Of a stretch of 64,000 bases of DNA, positions 12,529 to 25,953 are shown one piece after another. The notes under the pieces are model-generated. The model saw nothing but the letters and a program-made list of their open reading frames with translations, ran no database searches and had not been told where the DNA came from. The DNA lies in assembly GCA_047495785.1 (NCBI GenBank), contig JBLDXI010000030.1, positions 1-64,000 of the forward strand, read 5' to 3'. Made by a program: the position numbers and the translations under genes. This DNA is from Lepidodermella squamata. Taxonomy: Eukaryota; Animalia; Gastrotricha. Each line of letters opens with the position of its first letter. The stretch's first letter is position 1.

Positions 12529-13023
12529 CTACAAAATCAACCAAAATTATTATTTTCAAATCAAACATTATGTTTTAGGTTGTAAGTAGAAATTTTTCCA
12601 TTCTTCTGATTGGCCGAAAGAAAATCAGCGGCAAATTCAAATAATATGTAAATCACAAAAAATGTCTTTAAGTTTTAAATCCAAAATAAATAAATAATGT
12701 TGATTATCAACTATTTTCGGTCAAAATATCCCGCCGGCGGTCTATTCAGAATCCCGCTGTGTTTTCTGCTGCTGATACCAGATTTTGGCTTACTAGCAAC
12801 TTTCTTGTCATTGTCACTTGTCTATTCGTCGTCTTTCATTACCACAAATATGTGTAACTTTTCCAACGGACGTATAGTTGTCGCCAAGTAGTTGTAAATC
12901 GGTCACATTTTATTCTTAATCTCTTCGTTCACTTTCCCGTGAACCATTTCATCACAGCTTACAGCTCATCACAAATCACAAATTGTTAATGATCACATTG
13001 GTTTAGAATCTTCGGTTTTGAGA

Positions 13024-15203
13024 TTAAATAGCACGCCAGTACTGCGACAACCTTATCATGAACACTTTCATTAGTTGCCGCGGAATAGATGAAGGCAAAG
13101 CTGCGCAAGTCATGCTTAGCATTTTCTTGATAATTTTTTGCCTGATTTCGATTGACTCGGCTGAAAGTAATCTCAGGTTAATGCCCATTCTTAGCAACGG
13201 TAGAACGTGTCGCGCTGTAACTTGAAATAGCGACAATTGTAGTTATTTTAAGGTTTTAGCTCAAGTGTCCTTACTGTGCGCATAAGTAGTCAGCCTTCCA
13301 ACAATTCCCTTGAATGCTTCTTCGAATCGCTCGAAGTCTTCCTCGGGATCACCGCCAAGATCCATGCAATCAATTCTTTCGAAAATTCTTTTTGATGTTT
13401 GCAAGAAATCGTCGCACTGCAGTATATATTGCTGCATTTTTTCGATGTTCTGGTTAAGAAAATATTTAGTTTAATAGCTGCATTTTTTCTTATTGCTTAC
13501 ATCGCGCTCAAGGCCTCTTTCAATAGCTTTCAGCTGAATTTGCTCCAGCGTCCAATGAGACCTGACCCTCACGCCGTGGTTATCCAGTAGCCATTGCTTG
13601 TAGAAAGCCATATCTCGACCGTATCTTCCTTTCACAAACTCGAGATGCCAATTAGGTCCGAGATATTGAAACAGCGAGCCTGTCATCGCCAGCCATTTGA
13701 GTGACTGTTTTTCATTATATCATGTCGTTAAATAGAAATCAAGTTAGCTTACGTTAGTTGTCGCGGTGTGATTTGCTCGTGTAATATTCACTTTTCGCTG
13801 GCCAGTAGTTGAAGCTTGCAATGTCAGTTTTTTAGAACTTGATTGAATTATTCTACTGATGTTGTCATATGCAGAAGTGAGATTTTCAGCTTTCAATTTT
13901 GTTAAAATCTGTTAAGGAAGTATTCAATCATTACTAAAACCGCAGCATTTCTTACCGCTTCCAACCCAGAATTCGTGATGCAACATTCAAGATGCAAGAC
14001 GCAAGGTGCAACTTGAAATACCTCTTTGGGTAATAGGAACATGGGTAGAAATAATCTGTGCCAGCCGGCTTCCTCGCGTTCGCGTTCGTTCATCTGGTGC
14101 CACTGGTCTTCTATTTCATCAAATTTCCTTTCCTCACCAACAGCTTCTTCATGTCGAAAATCCTTGGTACAAAAAATGCATGCATGGTGCGAGCCGTGAT
14201 GCCCACACGCTTGAATGTAAACAAGCATAGGGTAATCGCATATCAAAATAATTTTGATGCGGTATCGAATATTATTTTTGTCCCGCACTCCTTCCGTGGC
14301 CCATTTCACCAATTCGTCAACCACCGGTTGCAAGTATTTCCTGACTGATTCGTAAGACTCCTTGCCTTCGTAGATTAAGAGCTGAAATTCTTCGTTCAAA
14401 CCAGTTTTCTTTTTCTTTGTCACAAAGCATAACGTCGCTTGTACCAGACAATCCCCAACGGAGGTTCGTCGAGGTGTCCCATCGATCTGCAAGCGTACTT
14501 CGTTCAGCATACGAGATTTCAAGTGACCAGATGCTATCCATTTTTCCAAAAACTGATCCAGTTTGATTCTTACGCCTCTTTCCTTCTCGTTTTCGTCTTA
14601 AAAGCGAATGAAGCATATTTAAAATTATTGACTAACCAATCAGCAAACCTTCTATGCCATCGATTTCCAAATAACCGGACATGACTCTGCGAGCTCTTAT
14701 TAATCCAGGACCAGATATTCTCGCTCGGCCTAAAAGCTTGGCAATCGGATAGGCCGAACGCGTAGGTACAAGCTTCGATGCTTGTTGCTCCATTACTCTA
14801 TTGAAAAGAATATGGTCAATTGACACATTAACGTCTTTTTCTTTTAATGAAAGTTTTACTTTTCGCAAGTTTCTGCTCGTTCTATCGATGCTTTCACACA
14901 TCCATCTGGTCTACGCGAGGAGACCTCGGGCAGATTTACGACTTTCGCTTTCATTTCCAATCTCTCTATTTTTTCATTCCCCACATAATGCCGGAATGCA
15001 GAAGAATTCTTGAAGTTATCCATATGCTCCTCCAACGCTTGTTGAACGCGAATAACTTTTTGCTGCCTCGACAGCTCTCGATAAGGCTTGCGGATAGCTT
15101 TTCGTTTAGCAATAGTTTTATTGACTGGGGCTATTCTAATAATCGCGGGTCTCCCAGCTAAATCGTTTCCCAGCAATACTCCTACCGCTGGGATGTCGCC
15201 CAT
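13024..15203 (-). CDS. RAG1-core/Transib-like DDE transposase, multi-exon, one apparent frameshift near 14900
   Basis: QIDG (D1), ICDY (D2), CIFC, VLHLE, and spliced LTTYAHITARHVLPLLRMGINLRLLSAESIE, which matches the HxxxxH-x19-E spacing of RAG1 ITNYFHKTLAHV..SEGNE; NBD-like RKPYRELSRQQK. Confidence 0.75.
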
Positions 15204-15794
15204 GATACAATACTTGGAATTTCGATAATTTAACACTATTTTTATAAATATGAACGTCAGTAACTAGAATTTTTACTGAACTTGAAATGAAAGACGATCT
15301 ACACGTTTTACTAGCGCACTACCTGTCGACAAGGCGCGGAAATCGTCGTCACAAAAATTGTTTGCCTCGAAAGGGTACTATTTTCCTACCTTGTTTGAAA
15401 GCTACCGCTGCGGCAGTTTTTAAAAAGTAATTTTGCTTTACGTAATTCATCTTGCTTGCTTGATAATAGTTATTTAGATTCGGCTCACTTGGCAAACGAA
15501 TTATGATCCCTTTTCAAGATATTACTAATCTGATCGGCACTTTTGAAAAATGCTCGACTATTTTCAAAATTGACGACCATCCGTTCTACGCCAAATTTTT
15601 CCCAGCGTGAGATGACGTTTTTTCACCCTCTGTGGATGCATTAAGATTCCTATTCTAGGCGCGATACCAAGCCATCCCGCGGTGTTTTACGCATTCAATT
15701 TAGATACATTTATCGCTGAACCATCTTGGAACTAATTATTTTAATTTATTGCATTATTTCATATTTTTTATATTTTAGATATATTAACTCTTAA

Positions 15795-16679
15795 ATGTCG
15801 GAAATAAGGATGTCCTGGAAAGACGACGTTCGGGTCTTCTCCATCGAAGAACGTACCGTGGCAAGTTTGCAAGCAGAAATTCTTCGACAATGGAAATGGA
15901 AACTCACAGGGTCGTTTCCACTAGCGATTAAGTACTTTGACGGAAGCTTCTGGGTTTCGGTCGTGGACGAACAGGCGTTGGCCCGGGCGTTTCGGCTCAG
16001 TCCTGACGAGCCTCCTCATTTCAAACTGACCATCGCCGAACCCGAAGAAAATGACCTAAACGAGGTAGTCGCAAGGCTAACGTTGAACTCGAGGCCTTCA
16101 TCGCGGCGCAGCAGCCTAGCAAGTGCGCGGTCCGATCGTTCATCTCGTTCCTCTGCGCGTTCGTCGGTTAATTCTTCAGCACACTCTTCAGCTCGCTCAT
16201 CTGTTCATTCTTCAGCCAACAACTCGCGGTCGGCGAGTCCTGATCCCGACGTGAATCCTGATGCCACTGTGGCGCCCGATAAAACTTTGCTGCCAGGCTG
16301 GAACTTTCGACGGACAAGCGTACTGATCGATACCCCGCGTCGCATCCCGATTCGCGAGAAAATGGCTATGCTTATTAATGCTGCTCCTGCTCGCCAGACT
16401 GGCCCACGTCGGCATCTCTACTTGAAGGTTGGCGTTAACATTTAACATATTTCATAAAATAATATTTACATTAATGAATATTTAAAGTGCGAACTCGAAG
16501 CCTTCGCTGATCTCATTGACGAACACTACGATCGATTTCTCGCGAAAAATACATCCGAGCCCGAGCTGGCCAACATAATAATCGAAGCTCACAAGAATTG
16601 GACCGACGTGTTTGGAACACGGCCGCTTACTGGCGCAGCGAAAAAATTGAAAGAACTGATTCTTACATACGTAAATTGA
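15795..16679 (+). CDS. PB1-like domain + Ser/Arg-rich protein, cargo gene inside the RAG1-like element
   Basis: N-terminal IRMSWKDDVRVFSI..LAIKYFDGSFWVSVVDEQALARAF resembles the PB1 pattern; intron ~16428-16486 continues in frame to CELEAFADLIDEHY. Confidence 0.55.
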
Positions 16680-17495
16680 TTAATTTTTTCGCCTGATTTA
16701 TTTTCGTCTGATAAATAACTTTGGCTATAAATTATATGCGAATGCGTGAAGACATCTCTCACAGTAAGCCAAACTTATTATTATCTTAAAATTAACAGTT
16801 GATTCATGTATTGGAAATATTATAATTTTTTGCTCTCTTTTCTCGTTATCAATTAAATATAAATAAATGAGCGTTGCCATTATTAATTAATGCCGCTTGT
16901 CGTTCTTTTGCATCTCGCCGCAAGTCTTGAACGAATCTACGGACTTATCATCTATCACCCCACGGATATAATCGACCATTTAGTTGGCTTATGGAGAATT
17001 TTATAATAGCTGTGTGAAATATCAATAAAATCTCTCGAGAAATTATGATCTTGAAACTTCTGAAGGCGATGTTCATGTATTTAACTTTTGATCGCTGCCT
17101 CTATCTATCTACATGTAACTATGGATTATTCTGGAAAAACTACGTCTTGTCTTTCAGTTATAATTGCAAATACCTCCGTGATGTTGATATTTTGAAACAT
17201 GTGTTTTATAACGTGAATCTATATTGTTGGATTAACTTACCATATACTTACCAGTTGCTTGCAAATTTTTTCACTGATCTCTCTGCTCTAAAAAGGCATT
17301 TTTTATTTGATATTTTTTGCATGAATGACTGAGATATTTTTTTCCGAGTCTTCGCACGTGCCGAGCCAATACGATTATTTTTAATAAAAAATTCGAAATT
17401 TGAAAATCGCGGTTTTATTTGAATCAGCCAATGGAAATCTTCGTTTTTTCGCGCCAAAAAACCTCAAACACAATGAAATTTATTAATATTCACAA

Positions 17496-18668
17496 GTAAC
17501 CTTGGTGGTTTTTGTTGATGTTTCCTTTGTCCCCTTGACTGTCCGAGTCGTCGTATACTGTCGCTCGATCGATTCCCACTCGAAGAATTCGCACTCCACG
17601 TCTTTATTGCTATCGTTCAGCAGACGTTCCTGAAAAAAACAGGTAAAAACGAAGGAGATATTAAGAGGTATTGTAGAAACCTGCAATTGCTGTAACTTCA
17701 CCAAACCACAGTTCTCGCAGAATCCGTGGGCGCATTCGTGATCCATTTTCGAAGTGCCACCGCAAACTGCCTAAATTTAAGAATAACGAAAACGTCCAAT
17801 CAAAGTATTCATATTAACGAACCATCGCGAGAAAGTCGGTGCAAGTTGTCGGAAAGCCTTGAACGGCTTGACGAACAGCTTTCAGTAAAGCTTCAAAGTT
17901 CTCATGATGTATACATACGCATACATGCTCTGGGCGATCGCCCTTCAGCCGAATGTGTGGAGGCCTCAGCTCAGAGAATTTCGAAATTCCTGATATATAA
18001 AAGCATATGTAAAATATACACCACACTAAATATTAAATTTCGGACTGACCTAAGGGATTATTAGGATTCTCATCGGAGTATTGTCCATAGGCTTCCCGCA
18101 GGTACAACTCGAGATCGGCCTTGCTGATCATTTGACCGTTAACTTTAATCACATCTTTATGATTTGGCGATACGCGGCTGTTTGTTTGGAAGAATTGAAG
18201 GACTTTTTCTCTGGTTTCTTCAGGTAGCGCGTTGGCTGGTTTTCTTGCGATAGGATTCGTGACCTTGACTCCATGCCGCTCGGCCAGTTTCTTAACGAGA
18301 ATAGTCTTCTTCTCATCAGAAATCGACTTCGGCAAAGAAGACTCCAATTTCTTCAGGTCGCGGCTGAGTCGGCTGCGGTCATAAGAACATTCTTCTGAGC
18401 CGACACTTAGGTTTTCCAGAGCTGCACAAGCAGAATTCGCTCGCGATATCGCTCGCGCAGTTTTGTCTGTCACTCGGACATTCTTCTTTTTAGTTTCGGA
18501 GAGCAGAGCTCGTTGTTCCCGCCTAGCAATTCTATATATGGACGTAAATGCATGTGATAAAAAAAATCAGTCGACGAGCAAAACTCACGTGTTTTTTCGC
18601 TTCATCTCAGCTTTCTTCTCCTCGCTATAGTTCGCTCTGCATTTTTGAGAACGCGCGGTTGATGACAT
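17496..18668 (-). CDS. Sola2-like transposase, N-terminal exons
   Basis: Short-intron exons with SRVSPNHKD, LREAY, RPPHI, CVCIHHEN, C..GFCENC, typical of the region upstream of the Sola2 catalytic core. Confidence 0.7.
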
Positions 18669-19799
18669 AATATTAAGTTCTAAGTTTTTTATATACTAGA
18701 GGTTACTAGAGGTTACTTCAAGGTACCAGGTATCAAAAAATGAAATTTTAAAGCTTTTTGGCAAATTACCATACAGTCATGAAACTAGTGAACTGCTGCA
18801 AAAATAATATAAGTATTTCCTCAACCTGCCTACGACATCAGCCTGTCAACTACTTCGCGCAATTAGTATGAGTTTATTTTGCACAGCTGCAGTTAGCTGA
18901 AATTTGTATAATAACAATGTTATTCAATCTTTACTATTTACCCAAAACTGTCTGTCCGCAACGTCTGTCCGCAGCATAATTTGTCTGTCCGCAACGGGTG
19001 TTTCGACCTAATCTAAAGGTGCTGCCACCCTGAAAAATTACGCATTCGAGAGTTCTTCCATTTCATGACTTAGCAAAAATGAAAACGGGTCTCTTACGCG
19101 CACATAAAGGAAGTAGGAGGAAAAATTGATATTTTTTGTTGCGGACAGACATTTTGACAGTGCATTTTTTGACCATATTTGACAAGCATAATAGATTAAC
19201 CCGATCAGGAAAAAAATTCATGGGAAACTTCAGTTTGATATGACGTTTGATTTTATGACTTTAAATAGATTGCTGCGTGCATTAGAAATCAAAATATAAT
19301 TGCTGAAAAAATGAGCCAAAACCTAAAAATTGTGCTTGTCAAAAGGTACCTCGCAAATTTCGTAATAAAGGTGGAAAAAAATTTTAGGTTCGACAAAATT
19401 TGATTTGATTTGTTTTGTGCAGGTTACGAGCTTTCTGAAAATATATAATTTATTGGCCTTATCGCTAGTTTATTTTTGTCGATTTTTGCAACAAAGTCAT
19501 GGAATCACCCAACAGTCAACATTGTGACTCCGGACTTAACAAAAGAGTTCTTAAAAATGTTCATGAGATTAGTTTGCTGACCACCCTTGAATTGAATTGA
19601 GAAGCCCGCCAAGAAAAGGGCTCATATTATTTAGAGATTTAGAGATTCTGCCCAATAATAAACAAGCGCCAGCTTCTACTTTTTTAAGAACAGCAACGTT
19701 GTATTCTTGGCGCGCGTCTCCATTGTATGCAGTAACAAATAAAAAGGCGACAGCCTTCAGATACATATCCAAACACTGAGAATCTTAGTATGTAGAATA

Positions 19800-20195
19800 C
19801 TGTATTTTACGAATTATAAGACCCTGCCCTGTATTTTTTTCAAACGATGTGTTTAAGTCCTGCCCTGTATTTAGGGTCTGCCCTTTAATTTTTCGAACCT
19901 AATCGGTCACCTAGAACCTAGATCAACAGTTGAAATCGCCGAATAACCCAAGGAAAAACCACTTTAGCTACTGCCCCCACCTGTGACTACACGCGTGAAG
20001 TGTTTGCTCAAGTGGATTAAGGTGGATAAGGGATGATTAGTGCACTTACTGGCGAAAAATCGCAGCCTATCCTACTTACCCAGCAGGCGCTCATGTAAGC
20101 CACTTCGTACAAGGCCCTGCCTATTAATACGGTTCTGCCCTTTTTTCCGGTTCTGCCCTCTATTTGGGTCCTACCTACTAATTCGCGAAATACGG
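19800..20195. mobile_element. pogo/Tigger-like MITE
   Basis: TA-flanked TIR CTGTATTTTACGAATTA / CCGTATTTCGCGAATTA; internal ctgccct repeats. Confidence 0.7.
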
Positions 20196-20356
20196 TAAAA
20201 CGTTTTTCAAACGTGATGGAACCTCACATTTATTATGCGAACTCTCGAAAAAACGTGGGAGATATCAAAAACCAGTTTATTAGCTATCAGAGACCTAAAA
20301 CTATCGTCAGATCTAGAAGCAAGCTCTCAAACAAACGGTAAATATTGCGATGGAAT

Positions 20357-20776
20357 TCAATGAGCGTAGAAACCAGCGACAGCCATTGCAACAGCTGCTG
20401 CGATGAGGAAGTTGCCGCCGGAGATTTTCAGCCCTGAGTTGCACAGATCTTTCGAGTTGCAGTAGCACGTGGTGGTCGCAGTACTTCCAACATTCACAGT
20501 GTTGCAAGCGCTCTCCTGGTCGCCCGCGATGCATGACTTTGTGATAGAAACTATCGTGTCGCCGGTGGTTATCTTCACCTTGGAGCAAGACTTGCAGTCG
20601 GTGGTTGGCTGGGTGAAAGTACCCGTTTCACTTGTAGCTGTACCATCATAACACTTGATCCCAGCTACACCAAAATATGATATATTCTTTGATACAACTT
20701 ATATTCTTTTATACAACTAACCGGCACATGCAAAAATCCCCGCAAAAACAGCTGCATAGAGAACGAAGCGAGACAT
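20357..20776 (-). CDS. Ly6/three-finger protein (GIKCY/NSKDLCN subfamily)
   Basis: Exon 1 MSRFVLYAAVFAGIFACA|gttag; exon 2 GIKCYDG..CKSC..CYCNSKDLCN + tail; paralogue of 9972-10391. Confidence 0.9.
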
Positions 20777-23066
20777 TATAGAATTATGAAAAAGAAAAAT
20801 GTTATTTCAGCGACAGAAAAGTACCGAATGGCCGAGGTGATATGGCGGCGTGTTATAAAAATTTATCCGATAACTTACCTGCCCACTTCACATTCCCACG
20901 TGAATAAGTTAGCTTATCAGCTGTTATTCATACTAACAAGGTAATAGACTTCGGATAATCATCGAATGAAAGCATAAGTTGCCTGTGGGCGTGCTCAGGA
21001 GAGGGCTGCCAAAAGAATTCGAGCGATATTTATCAGACAGACTTATACTTCGCCATGAGTCAGAATGGCGATAAGACCATTTTTCGCAGCGGCAATGGAA
21101 AACGAAACAATAACCAACCGTCATCAAGTTAATCTGGCTGATAAAGCATTGCAGCATCCAATCGATCGAAAATATCACAAATGTCGTAAATGTCGTTTAC
21201 ATTTTAACCGCGAATGTAGACAAGCCGGAAAAACGAGGTGTTACTTAGACGAGTCAAAATCGTGCATCGTGTCTTACGTTGCGCCGGACACTGTAAAACA
21301 CACTGACACTGTAGAACACTGTAAAAGCAATGGTACTAAACAAATTGAAAAATGTAGTCTTTACAACGATTTTCAAGTTACACTGCATCTTAATTTTTAA
21401 TTTAAAGCTCATTTTTATCATAATATCGTTGCTACCAGTCCTCGTGGCTACGGACAAGTTGCCATTGAACAGTGCAATGCCGCTGCGAATAACATCTTCC
21501 TCGTTCAATCCGAACGACTCGAGGCGCAAACCGTTGAGTCTAATAGCAGCACTCAATTACGGCGGCCGGGCATTCGCCCGTGGCCCGATATGCTCAGATT
21601 TGTCCTGGACAGCGTTAAACGCCAGAAAAACTTGTTATCCGACTAGGAGCTAATCGTCGAGCCTTTCGACGATATGGTAAAGCTTTCCATATACATGTAA
21701 TGCTAGAAACTAGGGATTCACGTTCTCATTTCAGTGTGATAGAGCAATCGGCATCGAAAGGCATTTAGCGATGATAAGCTCAAACGCGATATCAAGAGAT
21801 AGAATTCCTTACGCGCTTTGATGAATTTCTGCCCAGGTCACTTTCACACCGCTCCGACTCTACAACACTTCAACTTCATCGGAGTTAGTAATTCTTCTCT
21901 TGAGGCCTAGCGCCTAGCTATCCATCTTTTCCTATTTGCAGACTGCTTTGCAATCAACAACTAGCGACGTCTTTGAAAATCGAAGGTTGTGCCGAAATCT
22001 GTTCATCCTTAGTCTCGATGTTTAGGCGCACCTTTGTTCCGATAGGAACGAAAGTTCCCACCCCATTGCCATTTTCCGCGCCCTTTCCCCTTTCTTTCAT
22101 TACTTAAATGGAAGACCCCCCAAATCCCAAAAGGGCAGGGTTTTTTATCCGATTACCTTGCAAGTTATATCAATCGATAGCCCTTGACGAGAATAGCTTA
22201 TAAAAGATTTTCCAGCTGTTTTCGCCGGACCAGTTTGGAGAAATTGGCAAAAAACTGCATTTGTTCTACTTTTCTGGGGACATGACCTAATTTAAAGTAG
22301 GTCAATGTGTTACTATTTTTAGCTGCGCAATCACTAATATAGGGCCAGTACTGCGCGCATCACTAATAATAGAGATGTACTGATCGCGTTTTGGCCTTGG
22401 CCATTGTGACTTCAGCTTGCTTATAATTTGGCCTCCCTCCTCGGGGAGGGAGGCTTACGACAGATCATTGCTTACTTCCATTTTCCTAAAGATGTAACCT
22501 CGTGCAACAAAGGCTTAATTGAGATTTGATTGAGGAAAATTAAACGATGGATTATTATCGACATATAATCAATGATTATTATCATTCCATCGACATAATT
22601 GCTGCAGTTGTTTGGTTTATTATGTTGTGGATGAAGCTTTTTACCTGCACTGATTTGGACATTTCATACTGCATTCGATAACAGGCGACCGCTATATATC
22701 GCTTTATATGATAGTTACCAGAAGAAAGTTTATCTGGAAACGAGATTCAGTAAATAACGACATATTGAGCATCATTCCTATCTAATTTGAATCCATATTT
22801 GCGGCGTACACTTCTCCAGGAGTCGATGTGTATTAGAACAGTAATATAGATAGTCTAATATAGATAGTCTAGGATTTTGAGCTGTGGTTAATATTGCCAA
22901 AACGAACCCAACGACGGGGAAGCAAAGTTTACAAGGCTAGGGTGCGCATCAAGTTATGCAACGGCATAAGAAATTCCCAGCAATCTTCGAGGCTTGCGCG
23001 AGCTGATTAATATTAATGTAAAATTACATCATGTTAGGTTATCGTTTTCTTTGTGTATAGAATATA

Positions 23067-23405
23067 CCGTACTGCCCGTAAAAATGTCAGCTTCGAACAA
23101 ATGGCAGCCTCAAATAAATGTCAGATTTTAGAGGTTAGAGGTCGTTCGAAAAATTAATTTCAGGCCCGAAATAAATGTCAAGTCAATGGCGGGTACAATA
23201 CTGAAGATCACTAAAGGTCAGCGACCAATTTTTTGGCTGAAAATACGTAGAATCTCCGGGAAATGTATGCCATTTTGGTTACATATGCAGTTACTTATTG
23301 GTTCGGATAAAATGTCAGTTCCTTTTAAATGTCAGGGGTTCATCAACGTTTGAAAAAATATAGGTGTCATGGGGTTTTTATAGGTTTTTGTCCCGGGCAG
23401 TACGG
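23067..23405. mobile_element. pogo/Tigger-like MITE
   Basis: TA|CCGTACTGCCCG ... CGGGCAGTACGG|TA; internal aaatgtcag repeats. Confidence 0.75.
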
Positions 23406-24355
23406 TAAGTGCAAAATAAAACGATTACATGTTGGCCATAGAGAAAAAGTGACCAGAGTAAGCACTCGAGCTAAAATTTTGATCTGCATTATTAAATCGA
23501 GTGCTTCTTAAAACGGATATCTCCGTTGTACACCAAATTTTGCATGCATATAGAACGTGAGCTGCTCTTTCACGTGGTATAAGATTTGAGGTGGGCAATT
23601 GCTGCTCAGTCTTGATTTCATGAAAATTAATGAAACCATAGTGGAAAAGAGGTTTGATGTTGACTTGTCCCGTAATGAACTAGCCTCAATCATGAGAATC
23701 GCCACTTGAGGACAACAAGTGGCCAATCTCACTCGCTTGCAAAAAACGTGAAGTTAGTGGCGGTTATGCCGCTCGATCAATCTTTGATTCAAATGCATCG
23801 TCAATTTTGTCCTTTGTGAAGCGAGGTTACATCCTACACAACTTAACAATATGGATGAAAACATTTCCACCATCTCAGCAAGTAATTCTAGGAAAGAAAG
23901 AAAGTCCTGAATTTCTCGGGTTCCTTGTAGGGAGATTTTTCCACCTTCCAAGAAATAAAACGCTAAGATGCTGGAAAATCTACCAATACTTTTACTACCA
24001 ATACAGGCTTCAGCAATTTTTAGCCAGTAGCGATATTGCGAATTCGGTGGTTCCGCTAAGTTATGAGTATATACATCAGTCACTTGAAAAGCTCTATTTA
24101 ACTTTAACTCGCCAGTCCCCATCCATCACCCATAGAATCACAGAATCAACTCCTAATGTCAGGATCGCTGGCTGCAATTGATTAAACCTGCGGTTTATCG
24201 GAGGGTGGGGCTCAGGCCCTTCCTTATTAAGGGAGGGCGTTTTGGGAGAGTTGGTTTAACCTCTAAATTCGATTATCCCTCATCATTAACCTTTTTACAT
24301 TGAGCTAGCACTTTACTAGCACAAAAAGCTGGATTCAAAAGAGCTGTACATATCC

Positions 24356-25652
24356 TTGGCTGAGTTTATGTCAGCAATGGGTTGGAAGAAGATCGCAATC
24401 GTCTCAGATATCGCCGACTATCAGGGTCGGCTTGAAACTGCGTTTGGAAAATTACTCGAGCGCAAATATGACGGGAAGCTGAGTCTGTTCAAACTTGTTC
24501 AGAGCCAAGCGCCTGAGTCGGAAGATGTGAGACTAGCTCTGGGATCCGAGAAGCTCGATCCGAGGGTGGTCTACCTTGCCTCGATAACACCGGCTCGCAT
24601 TTGCTGTTGGCTACATCGATACGGGATTTACGGATCGAATTACGTCATCTTTACCCCGGCTGCTTTTGGCCCCAGCGATCCGTCACGCTACAGCTGGTCC
24701 ACTGAGCAGATGCTGCGAGAGGCCATTCAAAGCGTGATGTCTTTCACGAGGGGTAACTCGCTATATTTAGATAGAAGTATGCGGGACTCCCTAGGAAACT
24801 CGGGCTCAGATTTCGACGCGATGCTAGCTGCGAGAATTCAAAGCCCCGAGACAAATGGTGCCTGGACCATACGCCACTACTGCTACGATAATGCATTAGT
24901 AGCCGCTCATGTGCTATACGGAAGGTTTACTCCACCGAAGTAACCAAAGCCTTGTAGACTGGGTGTTAATCAATGGCTTCATTTTATTGGGGGATTTACT
25001 GCTACTCATCAGCATTCTTGCCCAACCTATCTACGACACTGAACTGCTCAGCCTAAATTGCATGACTTCGTATAGCTTCTTGTTACTAGGAATAGGGTGT
25101 CTACTCTTCGGCTTCTCTGCAAAGTTCGAGATTGCCAGGCCTTTCTTCTCAGTGCCAACAATTGCTAATGTTCAAAGAACTAGTAGAAAGAAAAGCAGCT
25201 TCTTGAGCGGAGCTGTTGGAGACATTTCGAATCCTCCAGAACGATCTAGTGACGTCGATGTGAATGTGACTCAAACTCAAATTTTCAAGGTCATGATTAC
25301 CCTAGGGTGTTGTCTAATCGTTGAGATGTGTGGCTTACTAACAGCCTGGTTCACCGCAGACTCAATCGTAACAGCTACGCAATTAAGCCCCAAATACCCA
25401 TCTGAGGACGATGACTCGATTGCGTATCAGTTCATTGAGCCTCAATGCGAGTTCGGTCCAACGCTTATGTCTGCAGTGATGATCGCAATTTTCATATTCG
25501 TCTTCGGGTTGATGATCTTACGAGGAGCTCTTCTGTCCTATACTCTTCGTTCTGCTATCAAGATGAAACGACTAGCGGGGGTAAATGACCTGGGAGTAGT
25601 ATTCAAGTGCTTCTACGCCACTGTGGGCCTGCTGATTGCTGGAGCAAAATAA
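24356..25652 (+). pseudogene. Fragmented GABA-B-like class C GPCR (partial Venus flytrap + partial 7TM)
   Basis: GWKKIAIV..C..GIYGSNYVIF..YCYDNA (ligand-binding domain fragment) abutting an out-of-frame N..ILLG..C..FG..K..W..D..C..G.LL..TLR..ND 7TM fragment; internal deletion and early stop. Confidence 0.6.
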
Positions 25653-25687
25653 ATCTGCTTGGGTTCAAAATTCTCAGGGTAAACATA

Positions 25688-25783
25688 CCGTAGTTACCGA
25701 AATACAAGCCTAGGCGGCACCCCTTTGTCGGCACTTTGATGTTCTTTGTAGTGCCGCCCAGGCTTGTATTTCGGTAACTACGG
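25688..25783. mobile_element. 96-bp hairpin MITE
   Basis: TA|CCGTAGTTACCGAAATACAAGCCT.GGCGGCAC with a near-perfect inverted copy ending CTACGG|TA. Confidence 0.8.
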
Positions 25784-25953
25784 TATAGAGAGATGACGGA
25801 AATGATTCATGATTCGATATCTCCCCAGAAGAACAAAAATTCGAATGTTCGAGCATCCTGTTTCATGCACTGAGATGCAGCGATTTTATGCATCGCTTCT
25901 ATGGATCCTCTCTTATTTTACTGTTCGCACGCACAATACATTTGAATGATTGA

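Larger units (their letters stand above)
12566..17475. mobile_element. Nested RAG1/Transib-like transposon (~4.9 kb)
   Basis: Inward-read ends CATTATGTTTTAGGTT / CATTGTGTTTGAGGTT (14/16 identical), plus ATTGGC at offset 44-49 in both; lies within intronic sequence of the Sola2-like gene; no clear TSD. Confidence 0.6.
10966..19510 (-). mobile_element. Sola2-like DNA transposon (~8.5 kb) interrupted by a nested element
   Basis: Termini GGGTGATTCCA..TGGAATCACCC, subterminal ttgcggacagac repeats at both ends, flanks atca/aaca (4-bp TSD with one mismatch), matching transposase motifs. Confidence 0.75.

Noticed and set aside
15795-16679. RAG2-like partner gene (ProtoRAG)
   Set aside because: No kelch repeats or PHD finger, and the orientation is divergent rather than convergent
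20933-22460. Short ORFs and possible gene or TE remnant
   Set aside because: No recognisable motif, splice model or termini that I could support
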